In this document: positions 17,262 through 37,058 of the stretch, piece after piece
Numbering within the stretch: position 1 is the first letter of the stretch
How the letters are laid out: the number at the start of each line of letters is the position of its first letter
NCBI RefSeq assembly: GCF_009914755.1
Contig: NC_060925.1
DNA: 64,000 nt
Strand: one strand, 5' to 3'
From: the human T2T-CHM13v2.0 reference genome, Homo sapiens
Notes under the pieces: generated by a model
The model's database searches: none
What the model saw: the letters and a program-made list of their open reading frames with translations, nothing else
What the model was told of the DNA's origin: nothing
Program-made: the position numbers and the translations under genes

Positions 17262-17553
17262 GCAGTAGTTCCCACACCTTTTGGTCTCAGGACGCTTTGC
17301 ACTTCTGAAAATGAGGACTATGGAGACCTTTAGTTTATATAATGTATTGGGAGTTAAAAACAGAGATATGGTTACAAATCAAGCATCCACAAATACACAT
17401 TCCATTTGTCACCAGAGTGATGATGTCATTACATCCTGTAGCCTCTGCACACTCCTGACAAGTGGAGGGTGAAAAGGGCAAATAACATCTTGGTGTAATT
17501 GGAAAAATAGTTGTAACCTCTTGACTCCCTGGACCATACTCGTAAAGCCACTG
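17262..17553 (+). mobile_element. hAT-Charlie family fossil (Charlie4-like)
   Basis: cagtagttcccacaccttttggtctcaggac... ending ggaccatactcgtaaagccactg resembles Charlie termini. Confidence 0.6.
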
Positions 17554-18331
17554 ATTTAAATATTATCACTCCTATGGGTGTCTACTCTTTCATTGGGATT
17601 AAAGATTGATGCCAAATGAATACATTTTCCAACCTTGAATTTTCAAATCAGTAAGTAAGATCAGGGACATCCAGGAGAACAAAAACCCTTCTCAGTGTCC
17701 TGGGATTTCTCTCCCAGTGGCTGTGAGACTGTACTCCTGGAGGTAGGGGGCATCAGTGAGACCAGGGCCAGTTTGAGGACAGCACAGATGTCTCTAGGTA
17801 ACTGACAAACAGACACAGGTTTCCCTGAGTGTCAGCCTCTGCCCCCTCCCTAACACACACTCACATTCACGTACACAATAAATCACCCTGGAGTGCGATG
17901 GAAATTCCAAGAACTTCAGCATTGTCTTAACCTGTGTTCTGGTGCCATCCTGAGCCTTGACCACATTGACTGGCTTTTAAAGTAGGTGCCATTGCATTCA
18001 TTCTTCTGAGATCAATATCCCTCTGGGTCTCCCCAGCAGCTATGGTCTTTCTGCTTGGCCCCAAGACAATTAAGAGAATTAATGGGGAGACCATGTCCAA
18101 ATAAAAGACTGGAGTTATTGCTTTAACGTGCAGCAACTCCAGTATTTGCATTAAATTATTATTTGCTTTGTAATATTTGATCAAGCTAGGGTTAGGGACT
18201 AGACTGACTTTTATAGAAGAGTGATGCACTCTAACAGTGACTACTATTTATTGAGCTCAAGCCTTAAGTTCTATTCATTTATTAGCTCACTAAACCCTTA
18301 CAACAAGGGGAGTGGGGAGGGTCAATATTAA

Positions 18332-18775
<444 letters not shown>

Positions 18776-18904
18776 CCCCTTTGCCATCTTAGTTATTGTT
18801 CTCATCCCATATTCCTGTGTCTAACATTTTGGTGTGTGAGTGTGTGTGGAGGACTGATGTGCACATGTGGAGTGGGGAGCATTGGTTTGCTAGAATTTTC
18901 TAGA

Positions 18905-19062
18905 GCTTTTTATTCAAAGTGCGGTACATGAACCACCAGCATTGGTTTCATTAGTCAGCTTGTTAGACATGTAGAATCACAGTCCCCCGAACTGCTGGAT
19001 CACTGTGTATTTTAACAGGACCCCCAGGTGAACTCTAAGTGTGTTCAAGTTTGAGAAACATG
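18905..19062 (+). mobile_element. MER5A (hAT-Charlie)
   Basis: tcaaagtgcggt...ccagcat...cttgttaga...gtattttaacagga.cccccaggtga...aagtttgagaaac. Confidence 0.75.
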
Positions 19063-19825
19063 GATCTTGAGCACAGTTGTATCTCTCTGAACTTTTTTGA
19101 GAGAATTAAGTGAAGCCATTAGTAGGGTTTCCTGCATAGACACATATTCAACACCTTTAGTAAAAAACAAAAAGCCCGCTTCTTAAAAGAATATGCTTTA
19201 CTTTGAAAGTTTGCATTTATGCTATCTTGTCTATTTAATGCTATATAATTTCAGACATAATATAGTAACTCTACAAGACCTCCTTCCCTGTATAAAAAGA
19301 CGCACTATAAGTTTTTGTAGTCATCTTTGAGGTCTGTCTGTAGTGTGCTTTATTAAAAGCGAGCAAATACTGAAGGATCCCATTTAAGTATGTGGTCTGC
19401 GGTGGAGTCTAATTTGTACCACTAGGCAAAGGTCACACAGAGGAGCTCGTTAATGCACTTACTCCGGGATGAAATCAATCTCCATACTTCACCATATTGA
19501 TCTGATAGCTCATTGGCGCTTCCCTCCGTGAACTGGTTAGCTCACGTGTGAATGGAGAGAGATAGATAGCTTTCTGGGCCTGAGAATTCTAGCTGGGGTG
19601 CCATCCAGGGCAAAAGGTGGATGTTTTTACATCCTCATTTGGGTGGCCCTTTTGGTTTCTGGTGTTAGGCTCTTGTGCTGGTATATCAGTTAGTCAGAAA
19701 AAAAAAAGGTTTTAAAATAAATAAGTTGCTTTTCTACCATGGGTTTATTCTTTTTCTTCTGTAGTTTTTATGAATCATGTGTGCTCAAAAGTATGGATCA
19801 CATTTATCTGAATACAGGCAGATGA

Positions 19826-20198
<373 letters not shown>

Positions 20199-20869
20199 AA
20201 CATAGGTCATTTCTTAATGAAAAGATAACCTGCTCAGTGCAATCTTCAGGACTCAGGAGTCTCCCCTATGTTCCTTTTTGTCAAAACTCAATGCTATTGA
20301 TGTATATATGTGGTCATTTAATTGCAGAAACACCAAGGAAGTAGGGCTTGGTGAATCCGGCTCATAAAACACACACATGGGTACTAATTCCTTGAAGAAA
20401 TGGGCCAAAATAATTCTAGAAATGAGGTAGAAACAAGCCAACAAGCCAAATATTTCCAATTTTTAAAAGATGTATAGATTCCAGATGCAAACTGGATAAA
20501 AGCAGACTCAGATCCCTTCTAACTTTGAGACACGGTTTTCCAGAGAAACTATGAATATTGAGAAAACAGCAGCCTCCAAAGCCGCCAAGACTTGATATTT
20601 TCATTACGCTTGGTTACAAGCTCGTTGAAAAGTGTTTCCGGTTCATCCTTGAATCTCTTCCAATCTAAGCACAATGCTGTGCACATGAGCAGGTGGCTTT
20701 GTAGTCTATAGACTCCTCCTAGACTTCCTTTTCCTAGATTTTAAGTCAAATTTTGCCTCGAGGAAGAGTTTGAAGCTCGAGTCTGAGGCAAGTATCTAGC
20801 CCAAACTTTCGCAAAATTGAATTAACCTCATTCTTTGGATGGGTATTTCTAAATTTTTAAAAATTTCTT

Positions 20870-21827
<958 letters not shown>

Positions 21828-22140
21828 AAATGCCACTTTGAATGTCAAAATATGACTGTTCTTCAGATGAAAAAATAGCCTTTTTAGACACCAGGCACCA
21901 AAATAACTTTCAGAAAAAGTAGTGTTCTTCTAGAGTTCTCATAGATAGAAAAGAACATAAAGGAATATGTTAAACATAACAAGAAGACTGGACATATTTG
22001 TAAGATTCCAAATCTTAGGATATAATTCTGTCCCCAGCCTTTGTGAAGACAGATGGTCACAATGAGGAAGAGGGTATAGTTTACCCTTCAATCAGGCTCC
22101 ATCTGACCTCCTTTTTAATAAAAAGAAAAAAAAAAAAAAG

Positions 22141-23382
<1,242 letters not shown>

Positions 23383-23674
23383 TGTGCTGCCTTCCTGACA
23401 CTCAAACACAACAGGGTATGAGTTGTATGATCAGCTATGGAAAACAGACTGTGGTATGTATGTATGACTGATATGTGGTAACAACCCTTCTCTAGGCCTG
23501 TATCTGTCTACACAAGCAGAAACTGTTGGTCAGTTCAATTAAAAAATTAACTGATTTAATGAGTTGGCTGAATTACCTTCTTGTTTGACATGAGTCAACC
23601 AGCCCACTCCAGCAAAACAGCCAACCAACTCAGTCACTCTGTAGAAGCAGCGTGTCATTGAACAACCAAACACA

Positions 23675-24002
23675 CAGTACATCGTGCACAGCATAACGAT
23701 GCTTCATAAATGATGGACTGCATATATGATGGTGGTCCCAACATATTATAATAATGTATTTTTACTGCCCATTTTCTAGTAACACAAATACTTACCATTA
23801 TAAGTATTGCAGTGTAGAATAGTAACATGCTGTACAGGTTTGTAGCCCAGGAGCGATAGACTATTCCATATAGCCTAGGTTCATGGTAGGTGCTACCATC
23901 TAGGTTTGTGTAGGTTCACTCTCTGCTGTTCACACAAGGATGAAATCACCTAATGATGCATTTCTCAGAACATGTCCCCATCATTAAGCGAAGCATGACC
24001 TG
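23675..24002 (+). mobile_element. Tigger3a/MER7-type DNA transposon fossil
   Basis: gcataacgatg...gatggactgcatatatgatggtggtccc...tagcccaggagcgatagact...tctcagaac...cattaagcgaagcatgac. Confidence 0.8.
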
Positions 24003-26459
24003 CATGCATGAGTAATTATGTGTGTGAGAAGCCATGAGAATACCTCTAGAAACACAATTCTTCTTTCTCTGAAAAATGCTTTCCCTCAAAGAACAGTGCA
24101 TGCTCATGGAAAATGTAAACGATTTCTTTCTATAAATATCAAACCCATTTTCTCTGTGATTCATATTTCAAATAAAACACACACAAGATCAACACTTAAA
24201 TTGGGTATTATTTCTTTTTTTAAAATAAACCTTTGTCAGAATATTATTTCTTCTTTTTTTCTTTTTATTGCCACTCCTCCTCTCCAGAATATTATTCCTA
24301 CTGTGTGAAATCCAAAGGCAATGGGAAGGGATACAGTTCTGTCTTTCTCCCTTCTTACAAGGGAGACAAAAGAACTCCCTTCGTCACTCACCTCTGTTAG
24401 AAATGCATTCCTTTAATACAAAGAGTATTTCTCCCATTTTATGATGAGAATAATTGGGAAAAAGAAATTCAATACTTTATCTTTCACTTCTCAGCCACCT
24501 TTGGGGAACTTATATTTTGTATATCAGGATGGCTGTGCTATGCATAACTTCTTACAGATCTTGATATGCTATCTTTCATCATTATATTCAGATATAAACC
24601 CAATAGTTGTAGAGATTACTAACAGTGAGTAAAGGAAAGGCTATCTAGAAATATGGAAGACATAAAGGGATTGTCTTGGGACTGACCTACAGAGTCCTTG
24701 CCTCATGGGGACAGATTCAACAGGGCAATGCTGACGTCTTAGGAAGGGAGTGTGTAGGCGGTGTGTATGTTGGGTGGGAATGGGAAAGGCAGTATAGTAT
24801 CATAGCCTGCATATTCTTCTCCTTTAATCTAGAATAGGAAGAATATGAAAGTAGAGGTAATAAGAAATATGCCATAAGACACACCCTCTTCAGACAGTGC
24901 AAAAGAGCTAGGTGTGGTTTTGCTAAAAATCTAGCTAATGTGATTCTGATTTCAAAATCATTACCTTGCAGCTTGTGTAGAATGTTTTCCCCTGTTTAAC
25001 TGGCCAGGACAAGGAAACTAAAATATTTGTCAAAACTTGTGCCTTACAATGTTGTAAATGATGTTTCCATGTCCCTCCTTTTGAGATTTAAGCTATCTAG
25101 TGGGAGTGGGTGCCTATACTCCACCCTGCCGAGCTGTAAGCAATTGTAAGAGGGGCCACTGACAACTTCACCTCTGAGTCTTCTGGGACTGAGACCCAGA
25201 ATAAATGCTAGGCCTCAGTTCATCTCCCAAACAGAATCACTTTCTCTTGTTTTTCCCCCAAATCGGAAGGAGTGTCTATCTAGATTTTATGTCCAGATAA
25301 TTCCAAGGTTCTATCATTTGGTATCTATGGTTTTGTATTTTGTAAACTTCCAAAGGACTTCATTTCCCAAATCACAAATTTCTTTACATTTGAAATAGAG
25401 AAATCAAATTATCATTAATGTATTTCTTTGCAGGAAAGAAACTGGGCAATATTATATTTTAAAAAAATAACTTACAGAAAAAAATAGGAAGATTGTTCTT
25501 TACTCTTATATGAAAGAGGCATAGTGAAAGAGCACTGGGCTTGGATTCAGAACACCTGGATTCCCATCCTGTTTCTGGCACCTGAGTAGCCTTATATAAA
25601 CCACAGCCCACCTAGCCTGAGTTTCCTCTTCTATAAAATGATGTAGTTGAACGAAATGTAGCTATCAGATACTTTCAGCATTGATTCAGCAAATATTAAT
25701 TAAGCACCTGCTGTGAGCCTAGTACCAGGGTGTGATTCAGCATGTAACAGGATGGGGGTGTCCCCAGTCCAGGTAATGAAAGGGTAGACCATTCACAGTG
25801 TCAAAGACAGAAAACTAGATAGGACCTATTACTCTTAGCATGCTATGTTTAGGGCACTGGCATAAATATTTCCCACTAAATATTCTACACTATCTAGAAA
25901 TTTTTAACAAAGCAAAAATTGTTGTTTACCTAGACCTAATCTTTCTGTAGTTTAGGGCCAAACTTCGACTGTTGGAGCTCCATCTTCAATTGCTACTACT
26001 TTCTATGAATCCATTTCTGGGAATCTCTGAAGGCATAGACTGACTGTACACTTAGCACTGTGACATTAAGGGGACATTTAAATTGTGTGAAGGGACAAGT
26101 CCTCTACTTGTCCCTGGGGAACTGAGCAGAGGAATTCTCCCAGGAGCCTTTGTACCCAGAGAATTCCCATCACTGAACAGTCCTTAGGGACCTCTCCTTT
26201 ACCTCTGCCCTAATTTCGGTTGTACTTTTGGTGAGTAATATTTAGGCCACTCGAATTCTTTTCTCCTTTCTTTGGCCAACTGCCTGATGGAAGCAGCCAG
26301 CCAAAAAGGACCCAAGGACATTTTAGCCTCTATAAGCCTTTTTTTTTTTTCCTGGCTTTGTAAAGCAACCTATGAAGGAAGAAGTTGCATTAAATGACCT
26401 CAAGGGAGCCACGGAGCATGGCCTCTGGAATATCCCTCACCTTCTCCCTTTCTTCTTAA

Positions 26460-26885
<426 letters not shown>

Positions 26886-29800
26886 ACACCTGGAATTCTT
26901 TTTTGGCTGATGGCATTGTTGCCTTTAAGGCGGTGTCTGGAAAATGAGAATTACAAACATAACCTCATTATGCTATTAGAAAAATGACCATCATATTCAC
27001 AACTGCCTTCTTGACATTCCAAGCAACCCAGAGGAAAATATATCAAGCTGAGAAGGATTCTGTTTTCATTACTTGAATATTATCTGCCAGGTTAGACATG
27101 TGAGAACATTGCTTTAATTATACATAAGAGATTTCTAAACTGGAGAACAGGAAACAGGTAGTGGTCATAAATGAAACAATACCCAGAAAGAGAAGGCACT
27201 GGAAAATATTTCTCATTAATCTACTTTAAAATATTTCTTTTCTAGTTCATGAACATTTTGCATCACCTGAAATATTTTCCTTCGTACTTCATTTAGCATC
27301 TTTCATATTTTGCCTTTATTTATTTATTTATTTATTTGGATTTCAGTTTAAGTATTTTTAACAGGATGTCTGCTATGTGGTGTTTTTAATAGGGTGTCTG
27401 TTAAGTTTTAGTTCTTTGCCCAAAGTTACCTGGTTAGTGAGAATACCAAGATGGGTGCCCAGGTCTCTGAGCTCCAAAGCTATGCATTTCCTTATAGTGT
27501 TTAGCAGCCCTGGCATCTGCTATAATGGAGCCTAAAATATATGCATTCTCTCCATTTCTGTGTTGTCTTGGTTTATCTTTGTAATAAAACAGACCATTAG
27601 AAAGTTGTGCTCTAGGACCAAATCGTCTTGGCTCTTCTTAACATTGCCATCAGCGTACACTGAGGGCATTCAAAAGAACACTCTCTGTGAGGCTAAATAT
27701 TGTATCTACTGTGGGGATATTGTTAGAGCCCTGTTTACATAATCTGGAATTCTCTGTCTTGGAAAAACCCACAAATTTTGCTCAGGAGTCCAGTAGTAGG
27801 AGAAGATGTTTTGCAAAAAAGTGCTTTGATTGTTATCTCATGTACAAAAAGAAATCATGTCAGTAATGGGCTCTGGCTACAAGGAACCAAATTGTGGCTC
27901 ATTTCCAACAACTGAAACAACCCTTATGGAGCTTATTTTGGGGCTGATCCTGATCCTTGGCTTTGACTTATTTTCCTGCCTTTATTTCCCTTTATCCTCA
28001 TGTCTTCATTTATCCCATTCATCTTATATGTGAGTTTATTCATCTCACATGTAAACTGCTTCCAAATCTTTTCTTAAGGATGTGACATTATCCATATCTA
28101 TATATGCATACATACAGATATTTACTGTTGAATTATTGATTCCACAGAGTGTAATACTTTGTATGCTTCCTGATGCACTAAGTATTTTGCAGGGCTATGT
28201 CTTGTTGGTCCAATTCATTTATAAGTTCCTTGAGGATAACAACTAGGTGTTATATTCATTCAAGTCTTGAGAGTCCCCAGCACTAATATATGTTGTTCGC
28301 TTTATTGTTGATTGGAGTATATCCACAATCTGAGAAGATAAATGATTCCTAGGTTAAACATGCCCTTGTACAAATCATCCTTTTTCATACCAGTGTCAAA
28401 AAATCAGGGGCTAGGTAGGCTATGAAGTTTGTCAATACACGAATTGCTATGTTCTTTACTTTGCAACTTCATGAAAGAGTCACCCTACTGCACTAGCTGA
28501 ATCATCATGTTGAGCACAACTCTTAAGGGAAGTATGGGAAAGCTAACCCAGGAGTGGCAGAGACCTCCTTTTCCTCCTCTATCTTAACATGTGTACATGC
28601 TTTGACTTTGAAGCAATGGAATGTGATTGATTCCATAAGCCACTTTCAAAAATAGTCCCATTACCTGTTAGTGCTCACCTTAATCAGATCATATAAATTA
28701 TATGTGGCTATATATGGAAACTTAAGAAACAGAAAAGTCTACCAGGACTGCGGTGACAAAATTCCTGAGTCCCCAGATATGATGAACTTATCATTAGTTT
28801 GTAATTAATTGATATTTCAACAAGAAGCTTTTTGAAACGTGGTTAAGAGGAAGAATAAAAGCTGGCCAAACTTTGTCCTTTGGTTTGATAAATTCTGAGA
28901 ATGTAGCTATAATTCTATGCAAAAGAAGCAGACTAAGTTACATTATATACCCTGGTGATTATATGTTTCTTCACAGTGCTGTTTAACATTTACATACAAT
29001 ACTGTAAACCTCAAAGATGTCACTCACTTATGTAATTACCTCACAGTTATATAAATGAAAAACCTGACATTTAATAAGTGACACTAGCATATCTTTATAT
29101 AAAGTAGTGTTACATTTAACATCCCTGGGGACTAGGTATATCGTGTATACCATGCAGATGGATGTTCTGGATGAATGAAACTTAACTTTGGAAACATTGC
29201 ACTTTGAAAGAATTGTTAAAATTTTTGATAAAGACTCTCTAATACAAATCGCACCATTCCATGACTTTTTAAACAGAGGATTTGATAAGCCTGTTCCCAA
29301 TGACTTGTCATGGTTGTGAATGCTCACTGTTGGACCCTAGGTTACAGAGTGGTTTCTTTAGCGGTTCCTGAAGTCTAGGCCTCTGACTTCCTGTACTGAG
29401 TGACTCTGGATTGAGCTGTTCAAGAAGCAGAGGACCAGCCTGTTTTGCTTTCTGTCTACCCCTTCTGCTGACAGCTATCATGTTCATTTCCCAACTGCTG
29501 TGCTACTCGTTCACTTTACACCTAAACATGTGAACGTTGGGCAGGACCGAGGAGGCCCTGCTTCCATGGAGATTAAGGATGTCAGCAGAATGACAGCCAC
29601 TAAACTCCACCCCTACCTCTGCTTTACTTCCAATTTTACTTCCCTTTACTCCCATTCCCAATTTATGAAGTTCCCAAAATCTGGCCCCAAGACAATGAAA
29701 GCTTATTTTGTACAATTTAATTTTCAGTCTATATGCACTCAAGTTTTGAACCGCTTACTCTAAGAATTTTGCACAATCCAAATCCATTAATGCAGGTTAA

Positions 29801-29959
29801 CATATTACAAAAGGTTACATGAATATAGGAATGATAGTATGGGATGGAGTTGATCAGGGAAGACTTCCTGAAGGAGGCGCCTTTTAGAATGGTTTCTCAA
29901 TGCATTGATGGATATTTTAGGTAAGGTATAATGCTATATGCCTTGTTGCTAGGACCATG

Positions 29960-30470
<511 letters not shown>

Positions 30471-31612
30471 TCCCAATAGTGGTAGTAGAAGTAACAAGTC
30501 ATAAGAAAGATGCCTACAGCAAAGAGGCAATGCTTACCAAAGAACTAGGATGTAATAAGAGCTGAAGTTGACATGGGAAAGGACATTTAAAGAAAAACTT
30601 CTCCATCTTTTTCATTATATGGCTCATATTTAAAAAATAATATTTACATGTCACAGCAGTATCAACAAAGCGGGTTGCTCGCAGTCTGAGGCAACTGCCC
30701 TCAGTTTCTGGCTGCTGCAGGCCAACCTAGGCTAGAGGAGAAGGAGGCATACGGATAATCTATTCCCAGCATATACTGATTAGGGAGATCTGGTTTAGTG
30801 AAGATTTTCGAAGAGAAGTCTAGGGAATTTGGAAGAGGTGGTTGTCCAAAGGAACAGTGTGACCAAAACAGATAGTTGTAGTAACTGTATATGATAAAAC
30901 AGAACAAGAGGGAGAAGTATGGAGATGGTGTAGGTCCAGATTCTGGGGGACTATTGGGCGTGACGTACATGGGAGATGAAATGAATGAAAACTGGGGTTT
31001 GGTGGGAATAGAAAAGAGAGAGTCCAGATCTGGCAAAAGGAGGTTAGGGGGAGGTCCTTTGTGCTGCATTGGAGAAACATGGAAAGGGGCCAGCATAGCT
31101 CAGTTATCCAAGGAAGTGTTGATAGATAGGACTTTGTATTATGGAACAGCAGCAGCACAATTAGAAAGCACATTGGAATCACCCCCAGTTATCTCTGGGC
31201 AGGGAAGAACTTCTGGTTATAAATCTATTGAGTATTGCAACAATTGACTAGGGCGTTTTACTGGCTCTTAGTTCTCTTGTACAGTAGTGTTTTTAGTGCT
31301 TGTTTAATCATTGTTAATGTGAAATCATTTTTTCTTGGACTTTGTAGCAGTTTATTATAGAGGTTGCAGATAATCATCAGTGTTCTTTATGAAAACAGTA
31401 AAGGATTAATGCAGTTGTGTGTCTGTCCTGCCCAGAGCAGGTTCTCATTAAGATATGGTAAGTTGATTTTGATTTGTTTGGGTTTTAATTTTTCTCTCCC
31501 CTCTTCAGAACAAACTTCTATAAATGTCATCATTGTTACAAAAAGAGATGGAAATTCATCTTTAGGGATTTTTTTTTCTTTTTGCCAGAAAGAAAAAAAG
31601 AAGGCATAATAG

Positions 31613-32263
<651 letters not shown>

Positions 32264-32672
32264 CTCATTTTTTTCCCTACATTATACTTTGTTCCAAGAG
32301 CATTCTAACAGGAAACACTGAGAGAGAAAAAAAAAGTGATTCTACAAGTTAAAACCTGCTTCAGCACATCCTTCTCTGACCCCCTAGGAAGCCTCCCCAA
32401 GAAATGGAATGGTATAAACTACTCCCGTTTTCCTTGTGCATATGGCATTATAATAATGGATTCACACTTCTGTCTCCTCTCATTGGAGTGTGAGTTTCAT
32501 GAAGGCAGGGATTGTATTTTAATAATCTGTTTTCCCTCAAGTTTCTAACACAAGACCTGACACACCAAAATTAACGATCAGAAATAAGAAATTAGTTCAT
32601 ATCTACTTAAAACTACCAGTCCATATTGTAGAATGTTTTCTTTAAAAATCTCTTTCTTAAAGTTTAATCACT

Positions 32673-32890
32673 GGCCAGGCTCCGGGGGTCATACCCATAG
32701 TCCCAGCACTTTGGAACACCAAGGCAGGAGGATACCTTGAGTCTAGGAGTTCAAAACCAGGCTGGGCAACATAGTGAGAACTCGTCTCTACAAAAAAGAA
32801 AAAAAATTAGCCGGCATGGTGGTGAGTTCTGGTGGTCCTAGCTACTCAAGAGGCTGAGATGGGAGAATTGCTTGAGCCCAGGAGGTCAAG
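32673..32890 (+). mobile_element. 3'-truncated AluJ
   Basis: Sense Alu ending at cccaggaggtcaagg. Confidence 0.85.
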
Positions 32891-33066
32891 GATCTATGAC
32901 GTCAATTTTAAAAAGCCTCTGCAATAAGGAAAGTAAAATAACAGCTCACTTGCTGGACTATTAAAAGGGAAATGGGAGGGGGCCGCAAAAAGGTTTTGAT
33001 AGGCTAAATGTGGGCTTGACAAAGATCTACACATTTTTCTTCTAATTGTTGGCCAGATTCACTCTT

Positions 33067-33360
33067 CTTTTTTTTTTTTGAGACAGAGTCTTGCTGTGTG
33101 GCCCAGGCTGGAGGGCAGTGGTGCCATCTCGGCTCATTGCAACCTCTGCCTCCTGGGTTCCAGTGATTCTCCTGCCTCAGCCTCCTAAATAGCTGGGATT
33201 ACAGGCACCCGCCACCCTGCCCACCTAATTTTTTGTATTTTTAGTAGAGACGGGGTTTCACTATGTTGGCCAGGCTGGTCTCGAACTCCTGACCTTGTGA
33301 TCTGCCTGCCTTGGCCTCCCAAAGTGCTGGGATTACAGGCGTGAGCCACCATGCCCGGCC
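33067..33360 (-). mobile_element. AluS
   Basis: TSD agattcactcttctt. Confidence 0.93.
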
Positions 33361-34629
33361 TAGATTCACTCTTCTTATGAAAAAGTACAAGTTTCTAATG
33401 ATTAACTTTCTGGGTTATGGGAAGTTGTGCTTCATAACAATATGGGACTTGTATTCCTTTACACTCTCATCTATAATATCAATATAAATAGTTTCTCTGA
33501 TAAGTAACTAGGTTTCTGAGATAAGCCCTTCCTTTTATTGTAGCTGATAACACACGATTATATGAGGTGGTATTGCTAACCACTAGTGAGAGGTTTTGCT
33601 ATATAATGTGGAACTTAAACTTCTTTGGTCTTCTTCCCAGAACTGCCTAGATGCCACTCTAAATTGTTTATTGACAGCATTAATACCTGGAGAATTTGCT
33701 TAAAAGAAGTAGATTATTTTTCTCCCCTTCCTTTTTCTACCCACACCCCCATAACTCTGTTTTTCTTAAAAAATAAAAAATCTTCAAAATTGTCAACATT
33801 GCTCAATTGTTGAGAACAAGGGAACAAGCCAGGCATCACATTTACCCTATTTTTTTTATTCATAGAGCTGCGTAAAAACTATGTTATCCAAAGCACCATG
33901 AAGCTGCACACTCACCAATTTCAAGATAATATAAAATACCACATAATCAATTATGGAAAATAATGAAATGGAATGTTGGCATAGAAAACCTCCTCGGAGA
34001 GTATTAAAACAAGGAATCAATTGCTCGAGTGGCGGGGGCGGCGTTGGGTGTTAAAATTAACAATCAGTCAAGTCTTTACCAAGGGCCAGCTGTGGGTGCA
34101 GACCTGCAGGGCACGTGTGAGAAGGGTCAGATGCAAGTTGCTGAGGTAGTCACTGCCCTGTAAAGATTGTCATTAATTCTACAAACAATGAAAGAGTTGT
34201 TTGCTTATGTTGTGGGCTAGATGCACAAGATACACAGAAAACTGCAGAAGTGAAAGTAATTCAGTCATTTGTTCCTTCATTTAGCAAGCATTTATTAAGT
34301 GGCTTTTTTTTTTTTTTGCCAGGCACCAGGGAAGACACTTGGGAGCTGTAGCTTCAGAATCCGTCCCTGCCCTCAGGGAAGGCAGAACAATAAGCAAACA
34401 ATCATAATACTTTGCGAAAGCAGGGAGATTATAGGAGATGCCGTGTTAGACACAAAGGAAGACAGGATAATGTGAACAGCACAGAATACAAAACAAAAAT
34501 GAAGTACTAATTACAGAAAACAGACAGGCTCAATTTCACCTATTCCTGCAATTTTTAGAGAAGCAGAGGAACAGAGGATATGCAGATTTTGAAGTGTGTC
34601 CTCAGCATCCTAAAAGAAAAGAAATCTAG

Positions 34630-35383
<754 letters not shown>

Positions 35384-36743
35384 TAATTTTCACCCACCTT
35401 TTCTCCTTCTGTTCATGGCCAGAAGATAGTCTCAGTTCTTCCATTTTTCCACCTGCAAAATGGGAATAATAAATTTTCTTGTATAAATAGGTTCTTAAGC
35501 TGGAATCCTTTTTAGGTGTCCATAAATAGACTTTGGGGATTCTACAGTCCCCCACCCACTTAGAAATTTGATGCAACATTAACATGTATGGTAATTGTTT
35601 CTGGGGAGCCAATTTCAAAGTAAAGTATTTTGGGCTTCCCTGAAATAAGTGCTAAATAAACAACTAATACTTCACATCACAGAACAACATAACAAAACCA
35701 AATTACCATCATAGACTAATAAATCTGAAATAAGATGCTGATAGTGTATGAGAATATAATAAAACCCAGAGAGAGCAAAGTACACCTGGCTTTGAAATCA
35801 CTCCTTAGCACCTGAGAGGATCAGTTCCTGGAATCTGCTGTGTATGCAATGACATGCATATTGCTAGGACGTTAGGCCACAGCTCCTTGGGTCAGCTGTT
35901 GGCAGGGAACATTTGGGCAGATCTGCATAAGCTGCTGCCCACCACCTGGATTGTAAAACCACATGCCATTCTGGAGACTTTCCTTCAAAGAAAAATGTGA
36001 ACTCTCACTGTCCACTAAACCACTAAATACTGTTTGGGTGAACATTCTCCCGCACCAGAATCATTTTCAAAAAGGCAGTGACTGCGTTTATCTTGTCCAC
36101 CCTTATATGCTAGGGCCTGGCACTTATAACCACCAAAGAATTGGCTCTCAACAATAGCTATTTACTTAATGAATGTAACTGTTTTGGTCAGAACATACTG
36201 GTTTGAAACATTTCTGATGGAGATGTGCTGGGGGATGCCTTTTCCTGATCACAGAGCTTGATTATAGCTTCAATTTCTGTAAGTAATTTCTTTTTCTCTT
36301 CTAAACAGCACTTACATGATCCTCCAGTTGGGAGCCTTCTGTTAGTTGTTATTTCTGCATTTGTGTGTTGCTTTACACTTCACAAAGGGCTTTCCCATCC
36401 ATTATCTCATTGCATCTTCACAAGACTTGCCCCATATATTTTTAGCCGAGAAAATATAAGGCTGGAGAATTAAGTAGCTTGGCCAAGCTCTCATAGCTAG
36501 AAAGTGTGGAACTGTGCCTCAAATCCTTGTTTTTGCTCTGTGTTTGGTGGTTTCTTGAGCTCACTGTGTCCTGAAATTGTGGAAATAAAGTTAGCCAGAA
36601 ACTCTTATCACTACTAATATATCAGTGACAGCTATTCAGAGTCTTATGGAATGGCCACATAAAAATGAATTTGATAAAGTGAATTAAATGTATTTGTTTT
36701 ATAAAATTATAGAGCCTCTTGATATAATTTGGAGACAGCCTAG

Positions 36744-37058
<315 letters not shown>

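Noticed and set aside
30701-31247. Three overlapping 118-131 aa ORFs on both strands
   Set aside because: Purine/pyrimidine-skewed sequence with no recognisable domain or splice context; probably an old repeat or chance.
34024-34050. Small CpG/GC-box patch (ctcgagtggcgggggcggcg)
   Set aside because: Far too short for a CpG island and no other promoter evidence.
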